A stretch of DNA of 56,070 bases from Verrucomicrobiota bacterium. Its GTDB lineage: Bacteria; Verrucomicrobiota; Verrucomicrobiia; Palsa-1439. Location of the stretch: the NCBI GenBank assembly GCA_037146675.1, contig JBAWWR010000003.1, positions 1 through 56,070 of the forward strand, given 5' to 3'. Under the pieces are notes generated by a model. It was not told the origin of the DNA. It did no database searches and worked only from the letters and a program-made list of their open reading frames with translations. Shown one piece after another: positions 1 through 10,072 of this stretch; the first letter of the stretch is position 1, and each line of letters starts with the position of its first letter. A program made the translations under genes and the position numbers.

Positions 1-2
1 AT

Positions 3-560
3 TGGCAACGGCAAATCATCTTCGTCAAAGACAACCAGAATCCCGGCGACGCCACTTACATGGTTTTTCGCGACATCGTCACGGCCGACCACTCAAGTGA
101 ATGGAACGTCTGGACGCTCGCCAAACCGGGTACTGAAAAGATCGCAGATCGAACGGCGGTGCTCGAAGGGCAATTTGGCGTGGATGTGCTTCTTGCGTTC
201 TACCGCAAACCGCGGGCACCACTGACCAGTTTATTTCATCATCACCGGACTCGGAGTTATATTCAGATGGATCAAAATCAGACACGCATTCAAGCGCGCG
301 CCGAAACTGGCGGGGACTATGGGGTAGTTCTCTTCCCGTTACGTCATAGCGCTGAGGATTCGCCGTCTGTGAAAGAACTGGAATCTGGAGCTGTGGAAAT
401 CCGCTGGGCGACCGGCCGTCGGCATTTAATTTTTCTCTTCCCGGAAGTCCGGGAGATAACGCAGGACGGTGTGACGTTTAAGGGGCGCGCCGGTCTGGTA
501 AAGTTTGAAAACGGAAAGACAACTATTGTGCCGCTGGAATGCGTGCGGATGACTCCGTAA
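3..560 (+). CDS. 5'-truncated CDS; C-terminus of a probable heparinase II/III-like or other polysaccharide-processing protein
   Basis: Frame is open from position 3 (WQRQIIFVKDNQNPGDATYMVFRD...), so the gene starts before the window. The beta-rich C-terminus resembles heparinase II/III-like proteins; product is tentative. Confidence 0.45.
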   Translation, partial: WQRQIIFVKDNQNPGDATYMVFRDIVTADHSSEWNVWTLAKPGTEKIADRTAVLEGQFGVDVLLAFYRKPRAPLTSLFHHHRTRSYIQMDQNQTRIQARAETGGDYGVVLFPLRHSAEDSPSVKELESGAVEIRWATGRRHLIFLFPEVREITQDGVTFKGRAGLVKFENGKTTIVPLECVRMTP

Positions 561-1266
561 TCGCGCCGGCAAGCTGACGGCGCAATTCTGACGCGGCAAC
601 CTGACCGGGGGCGATTGGCGCGTCGAGGTAGCCGTAGGTGAGACAGGAGCCGAGCTGCGGCAATAACGTCCGACTTACCGGGCCGAGCGCGCCCATGCCG
701 AGCAGGCAGACCGACGCGGAACATTGCTCGGTGAATAATTCGCGCAAGGTCGCAAGGTCGGCTTCGGTTTGCGTCAACGTGGCGATTTTTACGACGGTGC
801 CATAATTGGCGGCTTTGCGGATGACTTGTCGGAGTTCGGTTACCGGCGGCGTCCGTTCGAAATCGTGGTACGAAATGATCAGCGCCTTTTGGCGGCTCGC
901 CGCGAAGGCGGAGACTTTTTCGAGGAGCGGACTGCGAAATTCGATATCGACAGCGGTCAGATGTGTTAACGCCGTTTCCAACACCGGTAGGCGCTCGGCG
1001 TCGGGCCGTGTCCACTTGCCGCCTTCGCTGGCAAGGCGGAGCGTGGCGAGGACCGGCAAGCCTTGCGCTTCGATGGCTTTGGCGTGTTCGAGCCAGTGAT
1101 CGGTATCGATTAGGTCGAGACGGATTTCAACGATGTCGCACTGGCGTTCACTGCCGGCGGCGAGTTTTTCCAGTGTACCGGCTTGCGAGACGGTACCGAC
1201 TACTTTCGGCGCTAGGCCGAGGACGAGATTGCCGAAGCGGGTTTGTGGGCGAAGCATCGGAGTCAA
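523..1266 (-). CDS. aroD: Type I 3-dehydroquinate dehydratase
   Basis: DIVEIRLD, TLRxxxEGG, SYHDFERTP, VKIA (Schiff-base Lys) and APGQ motifs. Confidence 0.9.
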   Translation of the reverse strand: MTPMLRPQTRFGNLVLGLAPKVVGTVSQAGTLEKLAAGSERQCDIVEIRLDLIDTDHWLEHAKAIEAQGLPVLATLRLASEGGKWTRPDAERLPVLETALTHLTAVDIEFRSPLLEKVSAFAASRQKALIISYHDFERTPPVTELRQVIRKAANYGTVVKIATLTQTEADLATLRELFTEQCSASVCLLGMGALGPVSRTLLPQLGSCLTYGYLDAPIAPGQVAASELRRQLAGAITESSARIPAAQ

Positions 1267-1781
1267 ATTTTCCGGCTAGCCCAGTTGCCGGCGAAGACAG
1301 CGCCGAGAGTTAATAGCCCAACCATCAGCCAGCGAAAGATTGCCGGTGGCACGTCCATCTTCAACCACGCCGGCCAGATCGTCCACAACAACGCCGCCGC
1401 TCCCAGAAATATTACACAAAGCCAACCCAAGAACTCGAACGTGCGCCGCTCTTCCACCAGCGCGCCGCGCAAGCGATAGATTGTCGCCTGATCTACTTTC
1501 AACTTGTGGGCGGCGTTCTCAGAGAGTAGTGACTCGTCAGTTGCCGCCGTCAGAAACTCCGTGAGCAGCGCCTTCGCCCGCGCCGCTTCAGGCTCAAGCA
1601 CAAAGATGCCAAACGCCTCGTCGCTGTTACGCAGCAACTCGGTCATGTCAAACGACACATTTGGGTCGCCCTGAAAGGCGGCCTCAATACCGTTGTCGCG
1701 CAAGTAGCCGGTCAGCAATGTGCCTTCCCATGTGTCGCGCGCCTTGCGCACCTCGACCAGTTTTGCGTTGGGCTGGTTCAT
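1263..1781 (-). CDS. DUF2007-like N-terminal domain with two C-terminal TM helices
   Basis: 'EGTLLTGYLRDNGIEA...IFVLEPEAARAKALL' pattern, two hydrophobic helices, 4-bp overlap with the aroD start. Confidence 0.65.
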   Translation of the reverse strand: MNQPNAKLVEVRKARDTWEGTLLTGYLRDNGIEAAFQGDPNVSFDMTELLRNSDEAFGIFVLEPEAARAKALLTEFLTAATDESLLSENAAHKLKVDQATIYRLRGALVEERRTFEFLGWLCVIFLGAAALLWTIWPAWLKMDVPPAIFRWLMVGLLTLGAVFAGNWASRKI

Positions 1782-1842
1782 GCCGGTAATCTAGTCCCAC
1801 GCACGATTGCTTTCCACAACAATTCCGCTATGTTGTGGACTC

Positions 1843-2658
1843 GTGAAATCGCACTTTCACAATAAAGTCGTCATCGTGACCGGTGCCTCCAGTGGCATTG
1901 GCAAGGAAACTGCGCTCGCGTTCGGCCGGGACGGTGCGCGTGTCGTCATGGTCGCGCGCCGGGGTGAAGTGCTGCGGCAAATTGCCGAAGCAAACCCACA
2001 ATTACAATTACGACCCATACCGGCGGACATCACCACTCCCGATGCCGCGGCCGAGATTGCCACCACCACGCTCCGCGAGTTCGGGCGGATCGACATCCTT
2101 GTCAATAACGCCGGCATCGGCCAGCGCGGCTCGTTTGCCGAGCTGAATTTCGACGACGCTCGGCGCGTGATGGAACTCAATTTCTTTGCACTCTTGCGCT
2201 GCACACAAGCCGTCGTGCCGAGCATGCGCCAGCAAGGCGGCGGTCAAATCGTCAACATCAGCAGCATTGTCGGCGTGATCGCCACGCCGCAGAACAGCAT
2301 TTACTGCGCGAGCAAATTTGCGGTTCAGGCGCTGAGCGATTCACTCCGGTTGGAATTGGGCCCGGCTGGTATTGATGTCATTTCGATCTTGCCGAGCTAC
2401 ACCGACACACCGTTTTTTGATAATCAAATCCGCACCAGCGGCCCGGCGCGACTCAGTTCAATCCGCGGCCAATCACCGGCACACGTCGCGATGGTCATCC
2501 TGCGCGCCTGCCGGCATCGCCGCCGGGAGGTCGTGCTGACGCTGTCCGGTAACCTTGGCTGCTTGGTAAAACGTCTTTTCCCCGGTTTTGTAGATTGGTG
2601 TCTGCGGCGGTTGTCGGCGCGTAACGGAGATAATTCTTCATGCAATGGGAAAACTTAA
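1843..2658 (+). CDS. SDR family oxidoreductase
   Basis: TGASSGIG, NNAG and YCASK motifs; GTG 1843 preferred over TTG 1807, which is a -35-like box. Confidence 0.9.
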   Translation: MKSHFHNKVVIVTGASSGIGKETALAFGRDGARVVMVARRGEVLRQIAEANPQLQLRPIPADITTPDAAAEIATTTLREFGRIDILVNNAGIGQRGSFAELNFDDARRVMELNFFALLRCTQAVVPSMRQQGGGQIVNISSIVGVIATPQNSIYCASKFAVQALSDSLRLELGPAGIDVISILPSYTDTPFFDNQIRTSGPARLSSIRGQSPAHVAMVILRACRHRRREVVLTLSGNLGCLVKRLFPGFVDWCLRRLSARNGDNSSCNGKT

Positions 2659-3455
2659 CCGCTCGGGAATTCAAAAAAGCCGCCGAGAGCACCGGCGTCT
2701 GCGTCATTGCCATGGGCGTGTTGGAGAAGCACGGTGAGCATTTGCCGCTCGGCACCGATTTTCTGAATGGTCACAAACTGGCGTGCTTGGCGGCGGAGCA
2801 AGAACCGGCGGTGGTGTGGCCGCCGTTTTACTTCGGCCAAATTTACGAGGCCCGGTGCTTCCCGGGAACGGTCACATTGAAACCGGCATTGCTGCTAGAA
2901 CTGATTCAAGGCGTGTTCGATGAAATCGGCCGGAACGGATTTCGCAAGATTATCGTCTACAGTGCGCACGGTGGGAATAATCATTTTTTGCCGTTTGTGG
3001 CGCAATGCAGTTTATGGGAAGAGAAACCGTACAGTCTTTATCTGCCGCCGGTTAATTACCTGACTGCCGACCGCCAAAAGAAATGGGATGCTCTCTGTGA
3101 GACGAAGGAACACGGCCACGCCTGCGAATGTGAAACCAGTGTTTCTCTCGCCAATCATCCACACCTTGTTCAGATGGATCGCCTCCCGAAGCAACCGGCA
3201 AAGGCGCTGCACCGCTTGAAAGCGTTGCGGCCAACATTTACCGGTGTCCATTGGTACGGCGATTATCCTGAACATTATGCCGGTGATGCGCGCCCGGCCA
3301 CTGCCGCCAAAGGACGGATTATGCGCGATCTGCTCGTGGATTCGCTGGCGGAATACATTGCCGCTGTGAAAAAAGATCGGGTCGTTCCCGCGCTCGAGCG
3401 TGAATTCTTCCGGCGCGTCAAGACCGTCGCCAAGCGGAAGAACTCCGCAGCTTAA
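2640..3455 (+). CDS. Creatininase family amidohydrolase
   Basis: EKHGEHLPLGTD, HGGN and GHACECETS metal-binding motifs. Confidence 0.88.
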   Translation: MQWENLTAREFKKAAESTGVCVIAMGVLEKHGEHLPLGTDFLNGHKLACLAAEQEPAVVWPPFYFGQIYEARCFPGTVTLKPALLLELIQGVFDEIGRNGFRKIIVYSAHGGNNHFLPFVAQCSLWEEKPYSLYLPPVNYLTADRQKKWDALCETKEHGHACECETSVSLANHPHLVQMDRLPKQPAKALHRLKALRPTFTGVHWYGDYPEHYAGDARPATAAKGRIMRDLLVDSLAEYIAAVKKDRVVPALEREFFRRVKTVAKRKNSAA

Positions 3456-3509
3456 TTTGTCAGCCATCCATTGACAGGTGCCGGCTTTTTGTGGCAAGAG
3501 GCTAACCCA

Positions 3510-4604
3510 ATGAACACCCAATCTCTTCGTCAGAAGAACAGTATCGCTGCCGCGTTGCAGCCATTTATCGACAACTATTCACTGGCCGGCGCAGTGACAT
3601 TGGTGGCGACTAAAGATAAAATTCTCGACGTGACCACTGTCGGCTTCGCTGATGTGGTGGCACAGAAACCGATGCAGCCGGATAGTTTGTTTTGGATTGC
3701 CTCGATGACCAAGCCGATGACCGGCGCGGCAGTGATGATGCTGGTGGATGAAGGTCGGGTGAGCATGGCCGACCCGGTTGAGAAATATTTACCGGAGTTC
3801 AAGGGTCAGATGGTAATTGCCGAACAGGACGAGCAAAACGTGTTGTTGAAACGCCCGGCGCATCCAATCACGCTCGGCAATGTGTTGTCGCATACGAGCG
3901 GGTTGCCATTTAATTCGCGGGTGGAGTTCCCGACCGCCGATGGATTGCCACTGCGAACAGCGGTACTCAGTTACGCGATGATGCCGCTGCAGCAGGAACC
4001 GGACACGAAGTACGTGTATTGCAACGCCGGCATCAATATCGCCGCGCGCGTCCTCGAAGTCGTCACCGGCCAATCATACGAAAAATTTCTCACGCAACGC
4101 ATCTTGAAGCCGCTCGGCATGACGGAAACTTCGTTCTGGCCAAACGCGCTTTTGTTAAAACGCCTGGCGAAATCTTATAAGCCCAATGCCACCAAGACTG
4201 GCTTTGAAGAAACCGGTATCGCCCAACTGCAAACACCATACAGCAGTCGGCGCCGGTATCCGCTGCCGGCCGGTGGATTATTTTCAACGGCGCGGGACGT
4301 GGTGCGGTTTGGCCAGATGATTCTCAACGGCGGCACCTTGGACGGGCGCCGGTATCTGTCCGACGCCGCCGTCCGCGAAATGACACGCCGGCAGACCGCC
4401 CCGCAACTTTCTGAAGGCTACGGATTTGGCTGGCAAGCCGGTGAGGGCTGGAGTGGCCACGGGGGCGCGCTCGCGACCAAATTTACCATTCACTGGCAAG
4501 TCGGTTTGGTTACTGTTTTACTAGTGCAATACCTTGGCCCTTGGGATGACAGCCTCAAGTTCCGTGAGGCGTTTGAGCAAGCGGCGTTACAGTTAAAGGA
4601 TTAA
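3510..4604 (+). CDS. Serine hydrolase, beta-lactamase class C-like family
   Basis: SMTK (SxxK), LSHTSGL, YCN (YxN), PAGGLFST and GHGG motifs. Confidence 0.88.
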   Translation: MNTQSLRQKNSIAAALQPFIDNYSLAGAVTLVATKDKILDVTTVGFADVVAQKPMQPDSLFWIASMTKPMTGAAVMMLVDEGRVSMADPVEKYLPEFKGQMVIAEQDEQNVLLKRPAHPITLGNVLSHTSGLPFNSRVEFPTADGLPLRTAVLSYAMMPLQQEPDTKYVYCNAGINIAARVLEVVTGQSYEKFLTQRILKPLGMTETSFWPNALLLKRLAKSYKPNATKTGFEETGIAQLQTPYSSRRRYPLPAGGLFSTARDVVRFGQMILNGGTLDGRRYLSDAAVREMTRRQTAPQLSEGYGFGWQAGEGWSGHGGALATKFTIHWQVGLVTVLLVQYLGPWDDSLKFREAFEQAALQLKD

Positions 4605-4606
4605 TC

Positions 4607-5212
4607 ATGAAAACTAATTTCGTCGCAGACTGGATGATGTGCCAAGCGTGGCGCCAGGAGCCGGAAGCCGATTTATTGCCGGCGCGTGTCCGCGTCGGGT
4701 GGAGCCGAGATGCGATGGTCGTCGAGGCCGAGTTGTCGGACCGCGATATTTTTAATCCGGTCACCGAGTTCAACCAGGCGGCATTCAACAACGGCGATGT
4801 GTTTGAGATTTTTTTGCGACCCGAAGCGCAGGAGCCATATTTCGAGTTCCACATCACGCCGAGCAATCAACTATTCCAGTTGCGTTTTGCCGACGCTCAG
4901 AAAATCCGCCAGCTTCCACCCACCGGCACGCTCGACGAACGGCTGGCTGCCAACAAAATCTGGAAAACGCGCATCACCAGTGCTGTTCGCGTGAATACCG
5001 CCGCGCAGAAATGGTTTGTGAGCGCGACCATTCCGATTGCGATGGTGGTTGAAACGGGTGCGATGCAGCCGGGTTCTCGATGGTTCTGCTCGTTCTGCCG
5101 GTATGACCACACGCGTGGTAAATCAGCACCGGTTTTGTCATCCACGTCTCCGCATGCCGTGTGTAACTTTCACCGGCAGCAAGACTGGCAGCCGGTCGTG
5201 TTCCCGGGCTGA
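4607..5212 (+). CDS. CBM9/DOMON-like sugar-binding domain protein
   Basis: GDVFEIFLRP..YFEFHITP and FCRYD...NFH pattern typical of CBM9-like proteins. Confidence 0.7.
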   Translation: MKTNFVADWMMCQAWRQEPEADLLPARVRVGWSRDAMVVEAELSDRDIFNPVTEFNQAAFNNGDVFEIFLRPEAQEPYFEFHITPSNQLFQLRFADAQKIRQLPPTGTLDERLAANKIWKTRITSAVRVNTAAQKWFVSATIPIAMVVETGAMQPGSRWFCSFCRYDHTRGKSAPVLSSTSPHAVCNFHRQQDWQPVVFPG

Positions 5213-5222
5213 AAACGGTTGA

Positions 5223-5720
5223 CTAGCGTGCGGGCGCGGGCAGCGGAGTTTGCCGAACGCGGATCATTATTTTCTTCTTACCGGCTTCGTCACCGGTTTC
5301 GCTGACGGCTTCGATTTCCCGGTCGGAGTTGAAATGTTGCTGGATGATGCGCCGGTCAAACACGACCAACGGGCCGAGGGTCACGGCTTCGCCCCAGCGG
5401 CGGACTTGGTCGGCGGCATCGGTGGCTTGACGGAGAAGGCCATCGTTTTGCTGTTCCCGGTGATTCTCACAGTCAATGGTGACACGCGGCGCCTTGAGGT
5501 CGTGGCGTTGGAGAATGCGGTTGACGAGAAATTGGAGTTGGTACAGCGTCTGCCCGCGTTTGCCAATCAGCTGACCTGGGTCGGCAGTAGTGATCCGCAG
5601 GAACGGCGCACCATCAATCACTGATTGCTCGACAGTGCCGGGAATGGCGAGGCCGGCGAGAATGGTTTCGACGACAACTTTCGGATCGGCTGGCGATGTG
5701 GTTGGAGTGTCAGTGTTCAT
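5223..5720 (-). CDS. jag: Jag/EloR/KhpB-like KH plus R3H RNA-binding protein lacking Jag_N
   Basis: LIGKRGQTL KH motif and R3H-like DRRIIQ; ATG 5720 overlaps the yidC stop (ATGA). Confidence 0.82.
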   Translation of the reverse strand: MNTDTPTTSPADPKVVVETILAGLAIPGTVEQSVIDGAPFLRITTADPGQLIGKRGQTLYQLQFLVNRILQRHDLKAPRVTIDCENHREQQNDGLLRQATDAADQVRRWGEAVTLGPLVVFDRRIIQQHFNSDREIEAVSETGDEAGKKKIMIRVRQTPLPAPAR

Positions 5721-7279
5721 TTGGACATTACGACAACTGGGGCTAATTGCTTCTGCTTCCGCATGCTGAGCCACTGCTGGAGAATCGACAGAAATTGCTG
5801 GAGCGTCCAGTACAAGGTCAAGCCCGACGCCGCGCTGTAGAAAAACATCAGCATGATTAGCGGCATGAACATCATCATTTTCGCTTGTTGCGGGTCGCCG
5901 GTTTGTGGGGTGAGCTTTTGCTGCCAAATCATCGAGCCGACCATTAGCAATGGCAATGGATTGATGGCAAACCCGGCGATCATCGCCACCGTGTCCGGCT
6001 GCGCGAGGTCTCTGATCCACAGGAACGACTCGCCACGCAAGGCGACGTTGCCGCCGAGCACTTTGTAAAACGCGATCAGCACCGGCATCTGCACGAGCAT
6101 TGGCAGACAGCCGGAGAATGGATTGATCTTGTGCTCCTTGTAGAGCCGCATCGTCTCTTGGTTGAGCCGCGCCGGATCGTCCTTGAACTTGTCTTTGAGT
6201 TTTTGGACTTGCGGCTGAAACTTCTGCATCGCTTTCATCGACTGAATGCTCTTTGCCTGAATCGGCCAGAAGACAACTTTCAGCGCCGCAGTCACCAAGA
6301 TAATCGCGATGGCGTAGCTCGGAATCAGCCCGTGGAAAAAGTTCAAGCTCAGCAATAGGAGCCAGCCAAAGATGCCGGAGTACGCATCCATCCACGAACC
6401 GAAATCCATGGCTTCTTCCTGATTCTGGCCGAGCGCCCGCAACCGGTTGTAATCCTTCGGCCCGGCATAGAGGCTGAATTCGCATACCTGACCGGTTACC
6501 GGCACTTCCGCCACGGCGGTCACGCCGTTAGTGTTTTCGCTCTTGGGTTGATCTTGCCAGCGTGGCAATCCAACCGGTGCATACGTCACGCTGACCGCGG
6601 TGGTTGGCAGTGAAAGAATCGTCGTAAAAAACTGGCTCTTCACGCCGACCCATTTGGCATTAATAAATTCACGATTCTCGCCGGTCTTTGTCCGCTTGAT
6701 GACCTTGCTAACGTCCCGGTTGGAAAATTTCGGGCCGCCTTGCCAATCCACGTTCAGATAGTTTGCCGCTTCCTTCGCGTCAAGCGGGGCCGCTGTGCCA
6801 ACAGTGACAAACAGATTGCTCACGCCCGCCGGCACAACAAATTTACAAGCCAGTTGGTAATCTGCGCCGAGCGTTAATGTCTTCGTGACACCGCTACCAC
6901 GGAGCACAACTGTCCGCGCATCGGTCTGCTCAATCGCGAACACATCGGCGCCCGGCAACGTCAGCGCCGGGCCGGGCAGCGTCGCTTTGTATTTGAGCAA
7001 CTCCACAGACTTAATGCCGCCACCCCAGCTGGTGACTTCGACACGCACGCAATCATTGCTCAGCGTGATGACTTGCTCAGCTGGTCGCGTCCCGGTCGTT
7101 ACCGGCACGGACGCTGGCGCGGTTTGAATCGTCTCCACGACGTTGGGCGTGAACGCCGGCGCAACGGCAACCGGCCGCGCCTTGCGCGGGACAGGCGGGT
7201 AAATTTTATTGACGGCGTACTGCACGCCGAACAACGCCACGAGGCACGCAATAACAATTGGAAAGGTTTGTTTGTTCAT
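5717..7279 (-). CDS. yidC: Membrane protein insertase YidC
   Basis: [37 protein letters not shown] and GLTLYW motifs; ATG 7279 overlaps the yidD stop. Confidence 0.95.
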   Translation of the reverse strand: MNKQTFPIVIACLVALFGVQYAVNKIYPPVPRKARPVAVAPAFTPNVVETIQTAPASVPVTTGTRPAEQVITLSNDCVRVEVTSWGGGIKSVELLKYKATLPGPALTLPGADVFAIEQTDARTVVLRGSGVTKTLTLGADYQLACKFVVPAGVSNLFVTVGTAAPLDAKEAANYLNVDWQGGPKFSNRDVSKVIKRTKTGENREFINAKWVGVKSQFFTTILSLPTTAVSVTYAPVGLPRWQDQPKSENTNGVTAVAEVPVTGQVCEFSLYAGPKDYNRLRALGQNQEEAMDFGSWMDAYSGIFGWLLLLSLNFFHGLIPSYAIAIILVTAALKVVFWPIQAKSIQSMKAMQKFQPQVQKLKDKFKDDPARLNQETMRLYKEHKINPFSGCLPMLVQMPVLIAFYKVLGGNVALRGESFLWIRDLAQPDTVAMIAGFAINPLPLLMVGSMIWQQKLTPQTGDPQQAKMMMFMPLIMLMFFYSAASGLTLYWTLQQFLSILQQWLSMRKQKQLAPVVVMSK

Positions 7280-7497
7280 GGGACTGGATCGTAACCGCCG
7301 GCATGGAATGGATGACATCGCGCCAAGCGCCGGGCCGCCAGCCAGCTACCGCGTGCGATACCATGCCGGTCAATCGCTTCGCTGGCGTAGCAGGAGCAGC
7401 TGGGAAAATATCGACAGTCGCAAGCGACCAGCCAAATCGCGCGCACCGGCGCAAGCGACCGGTAAGTCTGTAGCAACCAAAGCAAAGTGCGCTTCAT
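7276..7497 (-). CDS. yidD: Membrane protein insertion efficiency factor YidD
   Basis: [10 protein letters not shown]...[14 protein letters not shown]; lies between rnpA and yidC. Confidence 0.93.
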   Translation of the reverse strand: MKRTLLWLLQTYRSLAPVRAIWLVACDCRYFPSCSCYASEAIDRHGIARGSWLAARRLARCHPFHAGGYDPVP

Positions 7498-7856
7498 CAC
7501 GCGGCACACAGCAAGCCAGCCGACCGAAATAAATCGAGCAGGCAGACTTCGACGTCGTGGCGTTTTTTGCCGTTGATTGAATTGCGGGCGACCATGACGA
7601 TTTGGAAGTGGTCTTGGAGTTGGTGCTGGTTCAGTCGGTAAGCTTCGCGGAGAAGACGCCGGGCGCGGTTGCGGGCCACGGCATTACCAACCTTGCGGCT
7701 GGTCACAATTCCGACCACACGCGGCTGGTCCGGCGCCGCGAGCACGTGGACGACGACCAGACTGCCGTGATACCGGCGCCCGTTGTCGTACACACGCTGA
7801 AATTGGCTGGGACGCAGCAGGTGCTGCTGTTTCGGAAATGACTGACTTCCATGCAA
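7497..7856 (-). CDS. rnpA: Ribonuclease P protein component
   Basis: [17 protein letters not shown] (RNR motif) and synteny. Confidence 0.95.
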   Translation of the reverse strand: MHGSQSFPKQQHLLRPSQFQRVYDNGRRYHGSLVVVHVLAAPDQPRVVGIVTSRKVGNAVARNRARRLLREAYRLNQHQLQDHFQIVMVARNSINGKKRHDVEVCLLDLFRSAGLLCAA

Positions 7857-7877
7857 CCGAACCTCCGGTGCAACAAC

Positions 7878-8015
7878 TTAGACCTGGGTTAGCTTTTTGC
7901 GGCCAACACGGCGGCGGTTGGCAAGCACGGCACGACCGCCGCGAGTGCTAGAACGTTTCAGGAATCCGCAGCGGCGCGACCGGCGGCGTTTTGATGGTTG
8001 ATAGGTACGTTTCAT
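7878..8015 (-). CDS. rpmH: 50S ribosomal protein L34 (absent from the ORF track)
   Basis: Manual translation [45 protein letters not shown], directly upstream of rnpA. Confidence 0.97.
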   Translation of the reverse strand: MKRTYQPSKRRRSRRCGFLKRSSTRGGRAVLANRRRVGRKKLTQV

Positions 8016-8026
8016 GTTAAGAAGGG

Positions 8027-8057
8027 ATTATCCTATCAGGCTCACGGCCAATGTCAA
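8027..8057 (-). promoter_or_regulatory. Putative sigma70 promoter of the rpmH operon
   Basis: Perfect TTGACA overlapping the upstream TGA stop, followed by TAGGAT (16-bp spacer) or GATAAT (19-bp spacer). Confidence 0.6.
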
Positions 8058-8896
8058 GGCAACCGCCGGAGAAACTCAGCGTAGACTTTCCGGGCTACCG
8101 GGCCGGGCTGACCGGTGCCTATCGGTTGGCCGTCTACCATAACTACCGGCACGACTTCGGCAGTGCTACTGGAAAGAATGACTTCGGCGGCGGACAGTAG
8201 CTCGGTTTTGCTAATGCGTCGTTCAGCGGTGGGAATACCGGCGCTGACAGCGGCTTGAAGCAATTTATCGCGGGTCACGCCGGCCAATATGCGGCAACTC
8301 TTCAGCGGCGTGACAAACTCGCCGGCAGTGGTGACGATGAAGATGTTGCCGGCGGTCGCTTCGTTGACTGTATCGTCGGCTTCACAGAAAATGGCGTCGC
8401 TGGCGCCGGCTTGATGCGCGGCTTGGTAGGCGAGGACGTTGGCGAGTAGGCCGACGGCTTTAATATCGCACCGCGCCCAACGTTGGTCGGGCACAGTGAT
8501 GAGCTTAACGCCGATTTCGCAAAAGTTTGCAGTGCTGACGAGCTGCCGGACGGTAAGTACTAAAGTCGGCTCGTAATTAGCCGGAACGCCGCGATGGCGT
8601 TTGGCTTGGCCACGTGACACTTGCAAATAAATTGCCGATTCTGGAAAAGCGGCGCGGCGGACGGCTTCTTGGATGATTGCCTCCAACCCGGCCAAGGTAA
8701 AGTTGTGCTTCAGTCCGATAGCGTCGAGGCTGACGAAGAGCCGGTGCAAATGCTCGGCAACGGCGAACGGCCGGCCGCCGTAGGTGCGCACAAACTCATA
8801 CACCGCATCAGCGAACTGGTAGCCGCGATCCTCAACGTGGACCGTGGCGCGTTCGAGCGGGAGAAACTCTCCGTTGACGTAGGCGATTTCTGGCAC
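8054..8896 (-). CDS. D-amino-acid aminotransferase, PLP class IV
   Basis: EDRGYQFADAVYE, RCDIK (PLP Lys) and ILAGVTR motifs. Confidence 0.88.
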   Translation of the reverse strand: MPEIAYVNGEFLPLERATVHVEDRGYQFADAVYEFVRTYGGRPFAVAEHLHRLFVSLDAIGLKHNFTLAGLEAIIQEAVRRAAFPESAIYLQVSRGQAKRHRGVPANYEPTLVLTVRQLVSTANFCEIGVKLITVPDQRWARCDIKAVGLLANVLAYQAAHQAGASDAIFCEADDTVNEATAGNIFIVTTAGEFVTPLKSCRILAGVTRDKLLQAAVSAGIPTAERRISKTELLSAAEVILSSSTAEVVPVVMVDGQPIGTGQPGPVARKVYAEFLRRLP

Positions 8897-8899
8897 GGC

Positions 8900-9982
8900 T
8901 TAGAGCGTCTTCAGGCAATCATCGAGCCAACCGAGCAATTCGGCGACTGTAGCCGGCGTTTCGTCACCCATGTGGCCGATGCGGAAACTCTTGCCCTTGA
9001 TCTGGCCGTAACCGCCGTCAATCAGCACCCGGTATTTGTCTTTGAGCGCTTTTTGGAGTTTGGCGACGTCGATGTTTTTATTGTTCTTCACGCAGGAGAG
9101 TGTGACGGATTCGTAACCAGCTTTCGGGAACATCTCGAAGCCGCGCGTCTTCACCCAATCGCGCACCAAGCCGGCCATTTTCAAGTGCCGGGCGTACCGG
9201 TTGTCGAGGCCTTCTTTCTCAATCTGGTCGAGCTTGAACTTCAAGCCGTAGATGTGCGGGATGCTCGGCGTGCTCGGCGTCATGTTCTTGTCGTGGTTCG
9301 CCTTGAATTCGAGGAAGTCGAAATAATAACCGCGCTCCGGAATGGTCTCGGCCTTCTTTAAGGCGCGCTCACTGACGGCGAACACCGCCAATCCCGGCGG
9401 CAACGCCCACGCCTTTTGCACACCGGCCAGCAATACATCAATACCCAGCGCGTCGGTATCAATCTTCACGCCGGTCATCGAGCTGACGGCATCCACGATG
9501 AACATCACGTCCGGATATTTCTTCATTACCGCTGCAATGTCAGCCAGTGGATTCATCAAGCCGGTGGAGGTTTCGTTGTGAATGAGCGTGAGTGCGTCGA
9601 ACTGACCGGTCTTGAGCTTGGCGTCAATCTGCTCCGGCAAAATCGGCTGACCCCACTCGACTTTGAGCGCTTCGGCGTCTTTGCCGCACCGCTTCGAGAC
9701 GTCGAGCCATTTGTCTGAGAATGCGCCGCAACAGCAGTTCAGGACTTTCTTGCCGGTCAGATTGCGAACGGAAGCTTCCATCACGCCCCACGCGGACGAA
9801 GTAGAGAGGAACACCGGGTTCTTCGTGTTCAGCAGGGTTTGGATTTTGGGTTGAATGGCGGCGTAAAGGTCTTGGAAGCCGGAGCCGCGATGCCCCATCA
9901 TCGGCTGACTCATGGCGGCAAAGGTTTCCTGGCTGACCTCGACTGGGCCGGGGATAAATAATTTCACATGTTTGTTGGGCAT
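8900..9982 (-). CDS. Class V aminotransferase (alanine-glyoxylate/serine-pyruvate family)
   Basis: LFIPGP, HNETSTG, DAVSS, QKAWALPPG and FRIGHMG motifs. Confidence 0.9.
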   Translation of the reverse strand: MPNKHVKLFIPGPVEVSQETFAAMSQPMMGHRGSGFQDLYAAIQPKIQTLLNTKNPVFLSTSSAWGVMEASVRNLTGKKVLNCCCGAFSDKWLDVSKRCGKDAEALKVEWGQPILPEQIDAKLKTGQFDALTLIHNETSTGLMNPLADIAAVMKKYPDVMFIVDAVSSMTGVKIDTDALGIDVLLAGVQKAWALPPGLAVFAVSERALKKAETIPERGYYFDFLEFKANHDKNMTPSTPSIPHIYGLKFKLDQIEKEGLDNRYARHLKMAGLVRDWVKTRGFEMFPKAGYESVTLSCVKNNKNIDVAKLQKALKDKYRVLIDGGYGQIKGKSFRIGHMGDETPATVAELLGWLDDCLKTL

Positions 9983-10072
9983 GGCGGTCTCCTTTTTTCT
10001 TGTGGTACAACTTGCACCTCTCCGGTATAAGATTCCCAGTCAAATCGCAACTTTTTTTCCACGGAGGACAAC

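Noticed and set aside
3510-4604. Antibiotic-resistance beta-lactamase
   Set aside because: No signal peptide or KTG triad; fits the broad esterase-like serine hydrolase family
5721-6485. Long N-terminal extension of the 420-aa ORF 5223..6485
   Set aside because: Out-of-frame shadow inside yidC; the real jag start is ATG 5720
8016-8053. oriC next to rpmH
   Set aside because: Only 38 bp, with no dnaA and no DnaA-box cluster
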